A stretch of 60,462 nt of DNA, filler included, from Welwitschia mirabilis (GCA_051453625.1; 2 parts of one record of this genome joined end to end with filler, not necessarily neighbours in it), one strand, 5' to 3'. Positions 13,390 to 28,239 are shown, numbered from the whole stretch's first letter. Notes: generated by a model from the letters alone, not told the origin. Program-made: numbers and translations.

Positions 13390-16300
13390 TTTTAGCGCCA
13401 TTGTTGAAGAAGAAAGTTTGTCCTTGAGAAAATCAGATTCTTTATTAAAAGCAAGGTGATATTGTTCTTTGAATGTGTTAGTTTTTTTTGATGTTGTAAA
13501 TTGCAAGAAGTTTTGAGTTTACAACCTTTGCTTGATTACTCTTGGTTGTAACGTAGTTTCTCTTTATCTTCATTTTCGTAATATTTCTTTTCAGTAAGTA
13601 GATTTGGTAAATTGGTCTATTCCTTGCACCTTCGTGTCATTTTGGAAATTGCCAGCTAAAATTTACATGTGTTTCATGCTTTTGGTAGTGCTAATGCTTA
13701 GTTAGTAAGATTGATCTATGCCTTGTTCTTTGTGCAATGTGAGTGATTATCCTACTTGCTATTCAAATAAATTCTTCTTGTTCTCTTTTTCTCACCTACT
13801 TCTATGGATAAGAAAAGAACACTGTCTTAGATCTCTTCTGAAAAAAGAGATAACTTGCCATTGAAAAATATTGTTGGAACTAGGAATTGGGCATCTTTCT
13901 CTTTTCAACTTTCATTTAGAAATGATGATGAGTTATAACGCTATAAGGATTCCCCTCATATAGAAAAGCATTCTATAATCAATTTGGCAAATCTCAACCT
14001 TTTTCCATAGAGGAATACGAAGAAGAAACANNNNNNNNNNNNNNNNNNNNNNNNNNNNNNNNNNNNNNNNNNNNNNNNNNNNNNNNNNNNNNNNNNNNNN
14101 NNNNNNNNNNNNNNNNNNNNNNNNNNNNNNNNNNNNNNNNNNNNNNNNNNNNNNNNNNNNNNNNNNNNNNNNNNNNNNNNNNNNNNNNNNNNNNNNNNNN
14201 NNNNNNNNNNNNNNNNNNNNNNNNNNNNNNNNNNNNNNNNNNNNNNNNNNNNNNNNNNNNNNNNNNNNNNNNNNNNNNNNNNNNNNNNNNNNNNNNNNNN
14301 NNNNNNNNNNNNNNNNNNNNNNNNNNNNNNNNNNNNNNNNNNNNNNNNNNNNNNNNNNNNNNNNNNNNNNNNNNNNNNNNNNNNNNNNNNNNNNNNNNNN
14401 NNNNNNNNNNNNNNNNNNNNNNNNNNNNNNNNNNNNNNNNNNNNNNNNNNNNNNNNNNNNNNNNNNNNNNNNNNNNNNNNNNNNNNNNNNNNNNNNNNNN
14501 NNNNNNNNNNNNNNNNNNNNNNNNNNNNNNNNNNNNNNNNNNNNNNNNNNNNNNTTTAAGGATCCCCCTCATATAGAAAATCATTCTATAATCAATTTGG
14601 CAAATCTCAACCTTTTGCTAGAGGAATACGAAGAAGAAACAAATTCCATATACAAATTTTTTAAATCAATGTGCAAATCAAAGTGATAAACTTAACAAGA
14701 ATTTGGAGAGATTAATAGGAGTTATCACACAAATCTATGGACAAGAATAATATTCCCAAGCTTACATCACTATGTCTACTACCTCTCACTTTGGAAATGA
14801 TGAGAAAAACATCAAAACTGCTACACAAAACAGTAACTACTCTTGTTTTGATGATAATGATGAAATGATAGAATTAGGTGATTACTTTCCAACATTGCAC
14901 CTTTTAAAAGATAGCTATTGTAAGGAAAACAATGTTTCAACTCAGCAATTAAATAAGAACGATGAGGATGATGGTTCATCCAATGATAATATAGACATAT
15001 TAGATTATTCTCGCAATATCCACATACATTTGGAATATCAATGTAATAGAGAATTATCAACTCTAAACTCTCAAAACTTCCCAACGCATGATGAAAATAA
15101 TAACCACATTTATCTTTGTGAGCTTTTGGATGGATCTAACAACCTAGAGAATGATGATATTCACCAAAACAATGATGAGAACAATAATGGAAAGGAGGAT
15201 AAGAAAGAATCAATAGAGATTCGAAAAATTCAATAGTGGATTAGACTTATCATGTCCCATAAAACAACCAAACTTGAATAGTCTAACCATAGTAAGAATG
15301 TTTTTCCATCCTTTCCACTTGTACTTCAAGGTAAAACTCAAAATAACATCCTTTCTTTTACTCCTAGTTCCACAATACCTGCTACTTTTGATATTGTTTA
15401 CACTTTCGAAAAACATGATTTAGAATTTCTTGGAAAAATGTTGAATTGGAAATAACCTTACCTTCTTAATGCAAATCCATGCTTTGAGCTGAATCTAAGG
15501 AACTTTTTAGTCATATTAAACATGTCCTAATCAATCATCCTAAGAAGCCTCTTGATACTTTTTGGATTCATCTTTTCTTTTTAAGTAGTAACATTCATGT
15601 CCACTTTATTAACTTCAATTACAATATCAATTGTTAAATGGGAATTATGTTTAGAACACTTTACATTGGTTTGACAATTGGTTAACATTCAAATATATCA
15701 ATTCTTTGTCTCTTATTTGGCTACTGAAATTTGTTGAGTCAAGTTACTATCAAGATATTTAATTTATTACGAATTGATTCTTTTACAACNNNNNNNNNNN
15801 NNNNNNNNNNNNNNNNNNNNNNNNNNNNNNNNNNNNNNNNNNNNNNNNNNNNNNNNNNNNNNNNNNNNNNNNNNNNNNNNNNNNNNNNNGAACTTTTTAG
15901 TCATATTAAACATGTCCTAATCAATCATCCTAAGAAGCCTCCTCATCCTTTTTGGATTCATCTCTTCTTTTTAATTAGTAACATTGATGTCTACTTTATT
16001 AACTTCAATTACAATATAGATTGTTGAATGGGAATTATGCTTACAACACTTTACACTAGTTTGACAATTAGTTAACATTCAAATATATCAACTTTTTGTC
16101 TCTTATTTGGCTATTGAAATTGGTGGAGTCAAGGTACTATCAAGATATTTCATTTATTACGAATTGATTATTTTAAAACATGCTCATATACTGAAAAAGC
16201 GCATCTTAATGTAGTTGAGATTTCTAAATTTAACTCTAATTGAACAAAGGTTAATGGATAACAGTAAACACTTTATCAATCACCTAATGGTTGTCATTAC

Positions 16301-17325
16301 ACCATGAAATTCTCTAAACTAAGAGGAGTTTTCCTTTTGCCATCATTTGAATGATTTCTTAGTAGAATACCTTAGTTGAGTTATTTTATTGCTTGATCAT
16401 CTCTTAGTGCTTGATCATCTCTTTGCTTGGTTTTATGTTAATTGGGCATTTTAGGTGGTAGAATTGGAGTTCAACTAATTTAACACATTCACATGTATAT
16501 AAACTTTGTGTTAAAAGAAAAATGTCTATGTTATCTTGTTACAGTGTCAATTATGTTAAATTAGATGCTTCTCTTTAGCTATGTATTTTTATTAGTTTAC
16601 CATTTCAACGATCAATCAATGTTCAAAAAAAGGGGGGAAAAAGAAAAAGAAAAAGTGAAATGTAAGTTAATTGGAGAAATAAAATTTCAAAATTGAGAAG
16701 AAAATTTGATACATATGCATGGCCCCTCTTACTAATTTCATGATGTCTTACCGTAAGCGTTTTGAGGTAAATTTTCCTAAGAGGAGCCTTTGAAAATATG
16801 ATATGGTAGCTGTGAGTACCCCATTAGAGGGTCAGTTGGTCATGATCTAACTTCAACCTACGAGTCCTTCCCTTTTTGGCAGTGATTGCACTCCTCTTAT
16901 TATGATGACCAGTGTTTTTCAACATCCAATTGGATTGATTCTACATAATTCCAGACTCATGGTTTCGAGAGCACTTACAATACATTGGTTATTGGATCGT
17001 AAACCGATAAGGTATCATTTGCTGTTATAGCTGATGATTAGATTGAATTGTGGCCTTGACATTTCATTGATGCTTTCCAAGGTAATAACTAGATGATTAT
17101 CATAACCATTGCCTACTCTATGTCATTTAGCATGGAATCATGCATCTATAATGACAAGAGGTTTCATGACATATACCAACTAGTTTTGCTAAGTTAACAT
17201 TTAGGATGCATAGTTAATATTCTACATGTTTATTTTTGTTCATTTTCACTTATTCTTTTTATAGTGGTTTTAATTAGTCATCTCAAAGTCATTTTTGTGC
17301 GTTACTCTTATTCTTTATATAGCCA

Positions 17326-17685
17326 TGTTGCGGTGTGTATTTGTGCAAGATTTTACATTCAAAGAGATCCTTTCATTTATAACCAAAATAGGTATCTTAC
17401 ACAATACAACACATTAGTATGAGTGGGAGTAGACCCGAAATGTCATATCTCGTTAAAGTCAATAAGATGAGACTCATGTTGCTTTGCAAAATAATACTAG
17501 AAACCAAAAATAAAAAAGAATGCAAGGAAATAAAGATACAATGCAAGATGCAATCTAAACTAACATGCAATGCAAAAATAACCTTAACTCTATTTGCTTT
17601 CGGCCTTAACAAAGACTACCCTTGATGATCTATATCACCCAAGAACTTGTCACCAGATCAAGGGCAATCATAAACTATAAGGGTA
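17326..17685 (-). mobile_element. Terminus of a nested Athila-like LTR, truncated by gap
   Basis: Starts TGTTGCGGTG exactly where the duplicate copy (18572) continues without it; its reverse complement resembles the family B LTR 3' end (ctttaa...gacatt...ctccca...atacta). Confidence 0.55.
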
Positions 17686-20600
17686 NNNNNNNNNNNNNNN
17701 NNNNNNNNNNNNNNNNNNNNNNNNNNNNNNNNNNNNNNNNNNNNNNNNNNNNNNNNNNNNNNNNNNNNNNNNNNNNNNNNNNNNNTGTTATCTTATTATA
17801 GTGTCAATTATGTTAAATCAGATGCTTCTCTTTAGCTATGTATTTTTTTAGTTTACCATTCCAATGATCAATCAATGTTCCAAAAAAAAGTTAAAAAAAA
17901 AGGGAAAAAAAAGAAAAAAGAAAAAATGGAATGTAAGTCAATTGGAGAATTAAAATTTGAAAATTGAGAAGAAAATTTGATACATATGCATGACCTTCAT
18001 TATTAAGTTCATGATGTCTTACCGTAAGCGTTCCAAGGTAAATTTTCCTAAGAGGAGCCTTTAACAATATGATATGGTAGCTATGAGAACCCCACTAGAG
18101 GTCAGTTGGTTATGATCTAGCTTCAACCTACGAGTCCTTACCTTTATGGTAGGGATTGCACTCCTCTTATTATGATGAACAGTGTTTTTCAACATCCAAT
18201 TGACTTGATTCTCCATAATTCCAGAGCCATGCTTCGAGAGCACTTACAATGCATTGATTATTGGATCATAAACTGATAAGGTATCATTTGCTGTTATAGC
18301 TGATGATTAGATTGAATTGTGGCCCTGACATTACATTGATGCTTTGCAAGGTAATAATTAGATGATTATCATAACCACTGCCTACTCTATGTCATTTAGC
18401 ATGGAATCATGCATCTATAATGGCGAGAGGTTTTATGACATATACTAACTAGTTTTGCTAAGTTAATATTTTACATGTTTATTTTTGTTCATTTTCACTC
18501 AGTCTTTTTATAGTGGTTTTACTTAGTCATCTCAAAGTCATTTTTGCGCTTACTCTTATTCTTTATAGAGCCAACACCGATGTTTTAATAACTTGTCATT
18601 TTTTGCACTCGATTGATATCGTTGACCTTTGCCAGACCATATTATTGTTTTCAGCATTTGCTATTAATTTCACATTCATTCCATTTTCTACCTCATCCCA
18701 AGTTTGCCAGCTAGTTAGCCAAATTTTATCTTTTGTCTTTTAGCCTTTTTGATTGATCATAGTGCAATGTGTTTTAGTTGGTCAAACCTCTTTTGCAACA
18801 ATGAAACTCTTGCCTTTGATGCATCTTTGGATTCATTTCGCTTCTCTTGCGATGTTCTAAGTGTGCCTCTTTCACAATTGGTCTGATATCTTGAAACTTG
18901 TTTTACACTTAATTACACCATCTTTTCATGCTGTCTTCACTGAAGGTACTCCCTCATTTGATGCTTTGTGATCCATTTTTTACGTTTTTTCCCCATTGTT
19001 AATGAAAATACACAATTTGCTCTATTTTTCTCATGTTTTCATGTCAATTCAGGCTAAATTGTTTCATAGGATTGTATTTTTGCTTTGGGAATGTATTTTT
19101 GGCAAAATGTTTACTTAATAGAAGTTTTGNNNNNNNNNNAATAGAACATTCTCGACTTATTATACACATGCTTAGCCTAATGGTATATAGATTTTGTATA
19201 CAATTTAACATGTTCTTCAGCAGGCCCTATACACGTACCCAAGATGTTATGTTATTACAAGGCCTACAGTGAAGGAGTGAGATCCATTGCTATCACCACA
19301 ACCATAGGACACAAACATACAGTTTAGGATTTTGTCATATCATGATTGAGCCTTGTATCTTACATGATGAAATTTTTGGTTATATTGTATACACGGATTT
19401 TGTTGTTATTGTTGAATTGGAATACTCACTTATGTGCTCAAATCATGATTTTTATGATATATATACACAATGTTTAGAATTTATGTTCCTTGTATACTTT
19501 TACCTACTTTGGCGTTCCATTCTTCCATTGTCAATTCCTTGATAAATGTGTAGTTGGGGTTGGAGGGTGGATTGGGGGAGCAAAGGGTAATGTAGAAAAG
19601 ATAACATAGAAAAGATAACTATTATTTAATATTTTTCTAGTGGAAATTTCAAGGTCATTTATAGGTCTTTCATGTATGAACATGATCAGCTTATGCTCCA
19701 AAGTGGTCAAAAATTTGAAATGTATTTTAAAAACTGAATTTTGAAGTGCCTCATCCAACCTATCATTCAGATGAAGCTTCAAGATGAAGGCATAATTAAT
19801 TGTTGGATAGATTCTCTACTTCTTTTTAGGTTGGGAACCTGCATGGTAAACTATTAGATGCTTCATGTTGTATTTGAATTGTGTTAGTTATCTTATCAAT
19901 TTAGCTCGCTACTTGTTATCTGCTTGCTTTGTTAGGGACTAACAGATGAGCGAGGGGCCATGTTGTGAGGCCAAATTCGTCATACTTGAATGGTTTATGG
20001 AGTATGTCTTAGGTTCATTTGATAGGTTTACAATGAACTAAATAGCAAAATGTAATGAGTTATTGTGGATAATCAAAAGGCATAGTTTTCCTACATTTCT
20101 TACCCTTTATGGATGTTTTTTGAAGCATGATCTGTTCGTGATCCTCTTGGTAGATTTATGATGGCCAATTGACAAAATGATGACAAAGTTCGACATCATA
20201 ATAATCTTCCAAGCCAATGCCTTTATGCCAATTAATGAGGGTTGACATGATTATTTGGGATGCCTTGGAGATGTTTTTAATACACTACATTTGATTACCT
20301 CAACTGATGATTAATTTGAGTCTGATTGAAGGTTAAGAAGTTGATTTTAGAGCTTCATTTGTCCACTAATCATCCAGACGAAGAGACAAGACAGAGACCA
20401 TTTGACCTGATTTAAAAAGGCCAATGTGGTAGGGAATTAATGGATCGTTACATACCTCATCCTTCTATTTCATCTAAATGAAGCATAGGTGGATGCTAGT
20501 TCATAACGAATGAAAACTTAATTAATCCATTACCAGATTTTTTTTGTAGGCACATCCCTTTGGATCCCACCATTATTAATCTGTTACCAAATCTTTATTG

Positions 20601-21118
20601 TAACCACATCCTTTCAGGTCCCACCGTTTAGCAACTATGACTACCAATCCAAATCTATAAAAAACCTCCTAGGCATTCCATTTTGGGATCTTCTTTGAAT
20701 CATTTTTCTTGTGACATTGAGCATCTTGGATAAGAAATCCTTCATCTTGTAAAAGAAATTCTCCTTGATGTTGCCTTATGCTTCCTCCATTAAGGGATCA
20801 CTGTTTGTAAGTGGATGAATTTGAAGTACAAATATTAATAAAATCAATTATGGTTTCGAATATGTTTTCTATCTGTTCTCCTTATACTTTATGTTAACGT
20901 CANNNNNNNNNNNNNNNNNNNNNNNNNNNNNNNNNNNNNNNNNNNNNNNNNNNNNNNNNNNNNNNNNNNNNNNNNNNNNNNNNNNNNNNNNNNNNNNNNN
21001 NNAAACTATTTGATGCTTCATGTTGTATTTGAATTGTGTTAGTTATCTTATTAATTTAGCTCGCTACTTGTTATCTGCTTGCTTTGTTAGCGACTAATAA
21101 ATGATGAGTGAGGGGCCA

Positions 21119-22422
21119 TGTTGTGAGGTCAAATTGGTCATATTTAAATAGTTTATGGAGTATGTCTTAGGCTCATTTGGTAGGTTTATAATGAAATAAA
21201 TAATAAAAGATAATGAGCTATCGTGGATAATCAAAAGGCATCGTTTTCCAACATTTCTTACCCTTTATGGATGTTTTTCGAAGCATGATCTGTTCGTGAT
21301 CCTCTTGGTAGATCTATGGTGGCCAATTGATAAAATGATGACAAAGTTCGACATCATAGTAATCTTCCAAGCCAACACCTTTATGCCAGTTAATGAGAAT
21401 TGACATGGTCATTTGGGATGCCTTGGAGATGTTTTTAATGCACTAGATCTAATTACCTCAACTGATGATTAATTTTAGTCTTAATGAAGGTTAAGAAGTT
21501 GATTTTAGAGCTTCGTTTGTCCACTAATCATTCAAATGAAGAGACAAGACAAAGACCATTTGACCCGATTCAAAAAGGCCGATGTGGTAGGGAATTAATG
21601 GATTGTTACATACCTCATCCTTCTATTTCATCTGAATGAAGCATAGATGGATGCTAGTTCATAATGAATGGAAACTTAATTAATCCATTACCAGATCTTT
21701 ATTGTAACCACATCCCTTTGGGCCCCACCATTATTAATCTGTTACCAAATCTTTATTGTAACCACATCCTTTCAGGTCCCATCGTTTAGCAACTATAACT
21801 ATTAATCGAAATCTATAAACAATCTCCTAGGCATTCCATTTAGGGATCTTCTTTGAATCATTTTTTTTTGTGACATTAGAGCATCTTGGGTAAGAAAGTC
21901 TTCAACTTGTGAAATAAATTCTCCTTGGTGTTGCCTTATGCTTCCTCCATTAAGAGATCAATGTTTGTAAGTGGATGAACTTGAAGTACAATTAGTAATA
22001 AAATCAACTATGGTTTCTAATATGTTTTCTATCTGTTCTCCTTATACTTCATGTAATTGTCAATTTGATGCTATTAGAGATTGAATCTAATTTTCGTATC
22101 GAGTATAAGAGCTAGCTTGGGTGACAACTAATTAGTAATTCAGTTAATTGATTGCATTTAGGCTATTGCATTTCTATTCCATTGCATGCTTATTTCCATT
22201 ACATCCCATTCATATTATCTCATCATTTGCACTGCTATTTTATTGGATTTTTTAGCATACCAAAAAGATATAAAAATTTGCCTCCTCTCTTTCTTAAGAA
22301 TCAGGTCTTCCAACTTACAATCTTGAGTTGAGATTTACCTTATAGTAGGGGTGTTGCTTACCCTTACTTGAGAATGTTTTAAGATTGAACTTTTAGATTA
22401 TTTAGCATACACCATCACAACA
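21119..22422 (+). repeat. Family A 3' LTR (redundant partial copy at 19961-20902)
   Basis: TGTTGTGAGG...CATCACAACA preceded by the PPT gagtgaggggcca. Confidence 0.8.
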
Positions 22423-25400
22423 AACATTCCTAAAGACATTTAAATGTGAAGTTGTTATGCATGATAATTATTAACTTGAGGTGAAGGTAATTATCTTCAG
22501 CAAATAATCTTCATGTATCTCTCTCTGTAGTGAGAAAGCTTTATTACTATAGTTCTAATAAAGGCTGATCCATGGTTATTGTGTATTGGTATGTGAAAAT
22601 AAGTTGAGCTAATGTAGAATGAGTGCATCTCATTGTTTTTCAGATTAGTATAATGAGTTTACCAATTTACAGGAGTTGGAGATCAATTAAAGGTCATCTT
22701 TACTGGTATATTTGGATTGCTTACCATTAGATGCATAACTTTCTTTTATCATGTAATAGTCTTGCTACTTTTCAAAGAGACTTATGACGATGTGTTTTAT
22801 CACTTAAATGTAGAGGGTTCTTATGAATATGTTATCCCCTTTTTTTTTAGTTCAGTGCACATTTGATATTTCTAATTAATATGCTTTACCTAGTTTTTTA
22901 ATATATAAGGATTTATTACTATGCTATATGAAATCATAAGGAAAACTACTTTATGCATATATAAATTAAAAAATTAATCAGTGGAGAATAGAACTACTTC
23001 CCTTAGTGCTTAATTTATTCCAAAGGCTCAATGATACATTAGATCATTGTTGTTAAAACTTGACTTGACATCAAATTGGTTTTACTTGTGAAACTTGACT
23101 TCGATATTTGGAGTTACAAGAACTAGATACCAAATTAACTAAACATAGTAAAATTTAGTTAAATTAAATAAGTTTAAATTACCTCAAACTTAAAGAGTTG
23201 ATGGATATCGAGGGCTTAAAGAATGGAAATTATTTTCCTTACCAAAATAGTAGCATTTTTTGTTGTATCTTTTTCATCAAGGTCATCTTATTAGTGAAAA
23301 TATTTTTCATCAAGGATTTGCAATTACGACTTGCCCTGTCTATAATGAAGATAGTTTTCAATATTAATCCTTAATTTATTTAGTGCTCAAAATGTTTTGA
23401 CATGGATCCTTATGTCATTTCAAGGATTGCATTCAAATTTGAAGTATACCTTTATTGAAAGTTGACCAAATCTTCCTAGACACTATTTATTCTTTTGGAA
23501 GTGTTTTAGGCCTTGCATCCTTTACAATCTAGAAACATTATTACAAAAATATTTTGGAAGAATTGATTACTCAAATTTTGTAGATTTAAGGCCATCATTT
23601 TATAAAGCATGCTTTTCAAACATACACTTAGGCAATAAAAACTTAGTTGGAGTTTATTCATCTTCTTAAGTGTAGGAGTGTTGTGGTGAAGTTTTTACTA
23701 CACCTTACATCAATTTAATTACTATAAGAGTTATCCTAGGATACAAATCTAGGTGAAACAAAAATTCAACTTTTACCCATAAAAGTAGAACTTTCATTTA
23801 AAGTATAGCTCCTATGTCATTCTTACCAAGGGATAAATACAATAGCGAAAACTGTAAAGTCTTACACAAGCCAAATCTGTAACTATCACAGAATGATTTC
23901 ATATTGTAAGATTGAAGAAAGGAAATGTTTTGTTAACCACATAAAGTAAGATAGTAATGAAGCATAACCTCAAGATCTAGTATAAGCATAACAGTAATGA
24001 TAAAAGTCTTTAATGAAAATAGACTTGTTTTATAGTTATTTTAAAGAAAATATGTTAAACATTCATGGAAGCTTAAGCTTGGATGAAGATGATAGGTCTT
24101 TTTAGCTCTCACAACCTACTTGCAAAGCATGCAAAGTAGGATATTATTCCCAAATAACATCAAATAATAGTAAAATAGGAACTAAAATTAACATGAAAGA
24201 TTGACTGAGAAATATAGAAATTCTTAATGAATACTCCGATCCTTATCAAGCATTACAAGTATGAAAAACCACACACTTGAAATCAAGAAATCAGATTGAA
24301 AGAAAAACCATTCTGTATTGTTTAAATTGAACAAAGTCTATATAAAATAACGATTCAAATCAAACTAGAAATGTCATGCTAGCCTCATAAGGCTAGCTCA
24401 TCACTAATGAAGAAGCTTAAAAGCTAGACATGCTCAGTGCTCTCAATAATTTGTAAAAATAACTAATCTGTAAATAACTCTAAAAGTGAGGCCAAGGTGG
24501 CCTTATACACATTGAAAACTAAGGTTAGGATTTGGGTTTTGTAAAGTTGCAGAAAAATTCGGCTATTTAGATCTAGTTACAAATAGATGGAATTGACTTA
24601 ACATCAGAAGATAAACTCAGGTCGTGAGACTTAAGGTCAAATCTAAAAAAGGACCANNNNNNNNNNTCTTCTGCACATAGGTTCTTTATCCTACGAGTGA
24701 CTTAGAAAATCACAATTTAGAGCCCAATTATTAGTAAATTGAGATTTAGTTAGCAATGATCACAATAAATGCACAAAACTGTGAAAGGATAAAATTTTCA
24801 TGTTAAATTGGTCTTAATTAGTTAAAGTAAATGTCAATTTTTGCATGTTAACACACCCTTAACTAACATTTTCTTAGTCTCTTAGCAAGATGTGTGACTA
24901 GTTGTACAACATGGAAAAAATTGCAAATTAAAATCATTTAAGTATAATGTAAAAATGATAATAAAAAATTACAAAAATTGGCCAATTTGAGGCTTAATCA
25001 TACTTAGGAAAAAGATTAAGNNNNNNNNNNNNNNNNNNNNNNNNNNNNNNNNNNNNNNNNNNNNNNNNNNNNNNNNNNNNNNNNNNNNNNNNNNNNNNNN
25101 NNNNNNNNNNNNNNNNNNNNTTGTAAGTTGACCAAATCTTCCTAGACACTGTTTATTCTTTTGGAAGTGTTAGTTACAAACATACTTTGGAAGAATCGAT
25201 TACTCAACTCTTATAGATTTTAGGCCATCATTTTACAAAGTATGATTTTCAAACATACACTCAGGAAATAAAAACTTAGTTAAAGTTTATTCATCTTCTT
25301 TAAGTATAGTAGTGTTGTGGTGAAGTTCTTACTACACCTTATATCAATTTAAATATTATAAGAGTTATCCTAGGATACAAATCTAGGCGAAACAAAAATC

Positions 25401-26911
25401 CAACTTTTACCAATAAAAGTAGAACTTTCATTTAAATCATATCTTTTATGTCATTTTTACTAAAGGATAAATACAATAACGAAAACCATAAGGTCTTGCA
25501 CACGCCAAATCTGTAACTATCACAGAATGATTCCATCTTGTAAGATTGAAAAAAAGAAATGTGTTGTTAACCACATAAATTTAGCTAGGAATGAAGCATA
25601 ACCTCAAGATCTAGTATAAGCATAATAGTAATGACAAAAACCTTTAATGAAAATAGACTTGTTTTATAGTTATTTCAAAGGAAATATGTTAAAACATTCA
25701 TGGAAGCTTAAGCGTAGATGATAATTCTAGGTCTTCTTAGCTCTCATAGCCTACTTGAAAAGCATGCGAAGTAGGATATTATTACCAAATAACATCAAAT
25801 GATAGTAAACTAGGAACTAAAATTAACATGAAAGATTGATTGAGAAATACAGAAATGCTTAACGAATACTCCAATCCTTATCAAGCATTACAAGTATGAA
25901 AAACCACATGCTTGAAATCAAGAAATCAGATTGGAAGAAAAACCATTATTTATCATTTAAATGGAACAAAGTCTATATAAGAGAAAGATTCAATCAAACT
26001 AGAATTGTCATTCTAGCCTCGGAAGGCTAACTCATCCCTAATGAAGAAGCTTAAAAGCTAGACATGCTCAGTGATCTCAATAATTTGTAAAAATAACTAA
26101 TCTATAAACAACTCGAAAAGTGAGGCTAAGGTAGCCTTCTACACATTGAAAACTAAGGTTAGGATTTGGGTTTTGTAAAGTCGCAGAAAAATTTGGCTAT
26201 TTAGATCCAGTTACAAATAGATGCAATTAACTCAACATCAGAAGATAAATTCAGGTCATAAGACTTAAGGTTAGATTTTAAAAAAAACCAGCAACATTGT
26301 TAGATCTTTTAGTGCCACTAAATTCTTGGAGAAACAATGATTCATCTTCTGCACATGGGTTATTTAGCCTACTAATAACTTAGAAATCACAGTTTAGAGC
26401 CCAATTCTTAGTAAATTGAGAGTTAGTCAGCAATNNNNNNNNNNATAAATGCAAAAAACTGTGAAAAGGATAAAATTATCATGCTAAATTGGTCTTAATT
26501 ACTTAAAGTAAATGTCAATTTTTTCATGTTAACACTCCCTTAACTAACCTTTTCCTAGCCTCTTAGCAAGCAATGTGACCAGTTGGACAACATGGCAAAA
26601 ATTGCAAATTAAAATCATTTAAGTATAATGTAAAAATGATAATAAAAAATACAAAAATTGGCCAATTTGAGGCTTAATTACACTTATGCGAAAGAATAAG
26701 GCATAAATAATGTATGCAAGTGTAAGTGCCATTACACCTAACCAAATTAAACATTGTCCTCAATGTTTGTAAGATAAAAAATTGAGTCTAAAATGAGAAT
26801 AAGATAATGCAAATTACTAGCTGAGAAAGAAAATGCATGAAAAATGTAAAATGCTAAAGAAAAATGCTAAAAAATGATGTAATGCATGACTATTTAATGG
26901 TGTGTAAAAAA

Positions 26912-27161
26912 TTCAATGACTCCTTACCAGAGTGGTAAGGTATAGACACATGGACCTAGAGGTCCAAAGTTTAAACCCCGGTAGTGGAAGGGAATACAAA
27001 TGAAATAGATTCTATAAGACCAAGTGCCATGGGGCATTTGTGTAACACAAAATTACCTACCCGCTATTGACAAGGAATACAAATAGAATAGATTTTGTAA
27101 GTCCAAGTGCCACTGGGCATTTGTGTGACACAAAATTACCTACCTGCTATCTCTTAAAAAA
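26912..27161 (+). mobile_element. tRNA-derived SINE with internal tandem duplication
   Basis: A-box-like TACCAGAGTGG (26925-26935), B-box-like AGTTTAAACCC (26968-26978), two 77-nt repeats (26991-27067, 27074-27150), A tail, and a 16-bp TSD AATGGTGT(G/T)TAAAAAA at 26896-26911 and 27162-27177. Confidence 0.8.
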
Positions 27162-28239
27162 AATGGTGTTTAAAAAAGTGCATGAAATGAAACAACTCTA
27201 AGAACCAATGGTCAATCAAAGTATGCTAGATGAGGGTTGAGTTAAATGATGCAATGGTAAGGAAGTGGTTAATAAAAATGATTAAAAAAGAAAAAAGAAA
27301 AATGATGATATAAAGTAAAGGTTAAAAGTAGAGTAGGAGATGTGTTTTTATCCATTTCCAAAGCATTTTTCAGTCACCCTCAAATTGAAAGATCTCGAAA
27401 CATGATAGAGAACCTATAAGTGAACATTATTTGACAAAAGGCTCAAAGGGACAGTGGTGCTGACTGCCAATGGTCCTGTTTGAGTGAAATTGTTAGGTCT
27501 AAAATTTTGTGGATAGATGGGTGAGATCATGTGAAGAATTCTAGGTATCTGAGCCAAATGTAATGATAGATAAAATTGATAGAAATAGATAATGATAGTG
27601 AAATTTTATTATGTGATAAGAACAGTTACATTAAGAGGTTGTAGAAAAATTACAATGCAACTACAACTGAAAATGCATGAGAAAACAGAAAGTAAAGGGG
27701 AAGTGTGAAATAAAATGCTAACTAATGAATCTTCTATCAGAACTCATCCTTTCAACTTTCTTGTCCATTTGATCTTTATTCTTGGATATGTCCTTTTCTT
27801 ATGTGAGATCTTCTTTGTTTTATGCTATAGCTTGCTGATCCATATCTTATGCTTTATTGGTACCTACTCCAAAAATGATTTACTTGAAGTGAAAGAAGAG
27901 GGTTGTGGAGGAGAAGAAGGAAAAAAGAGGGGTTGAGAAGATTCAATAATGGTTTTTTTTACCTTTTATTCTCATTATTGGGTGGGGAAGGGGGAAGAAA
28001 GGAAAGGAGGAGGTTGAGAATGAATAGGAGTAGGATCTTGAAGTTCTTTTTCTTGTTGCCGTTGTTGTTACTCTTCTTGTTTCTCTATTGGAATCCAATT
28101 TGAATTCTTACACTTTTGGACTTGGACTATCTTCCTAGGTGTGATGGTTTCTATGTAAGCCCTATCTCAACTATCACAATTATGAGTGGTGTGAAGGGTG
28201 TTGTAAGTGAAGTCAGAACCTAAATAGGAAACAGACAAG

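Larger units (their letters stand above)
12060..22422 (+). mobile_element. Athila-type Gypsy LTR element family A, non-autonomous/decayed
   Basis: 5' LTR 12060-13389 (cGTTGTG...CACAACA); PBS-like TTTTAGCGCCATTGTTGAAG at 13390 resembling Athila TTTGGCGCCGTTGCCGGGG; PPT GAGCGAGGGGCCA before the 3' LTR, which appears twice (19961-gap and 21119-22422). Flanks gacaa/aacat match only 3/5. No gag or pol motifs recognised inside. Confidence 0.75.

Noticed and set aside
20300..20340. CTGATGA in family A LTR as a hammerhead/retrozyme core
   Set aside because: No stem II followed by GAAA and no closing helices.
26920..26990. Functional tRNA gene
   Set aside because: Degenerate boxes, no acceptor stem, and an A tail with TSD indicate a SINE.
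27715..28200. Athila env-like ORF
   Set aside because: Position fits but all frames are short and biased; no diagnostic motif.
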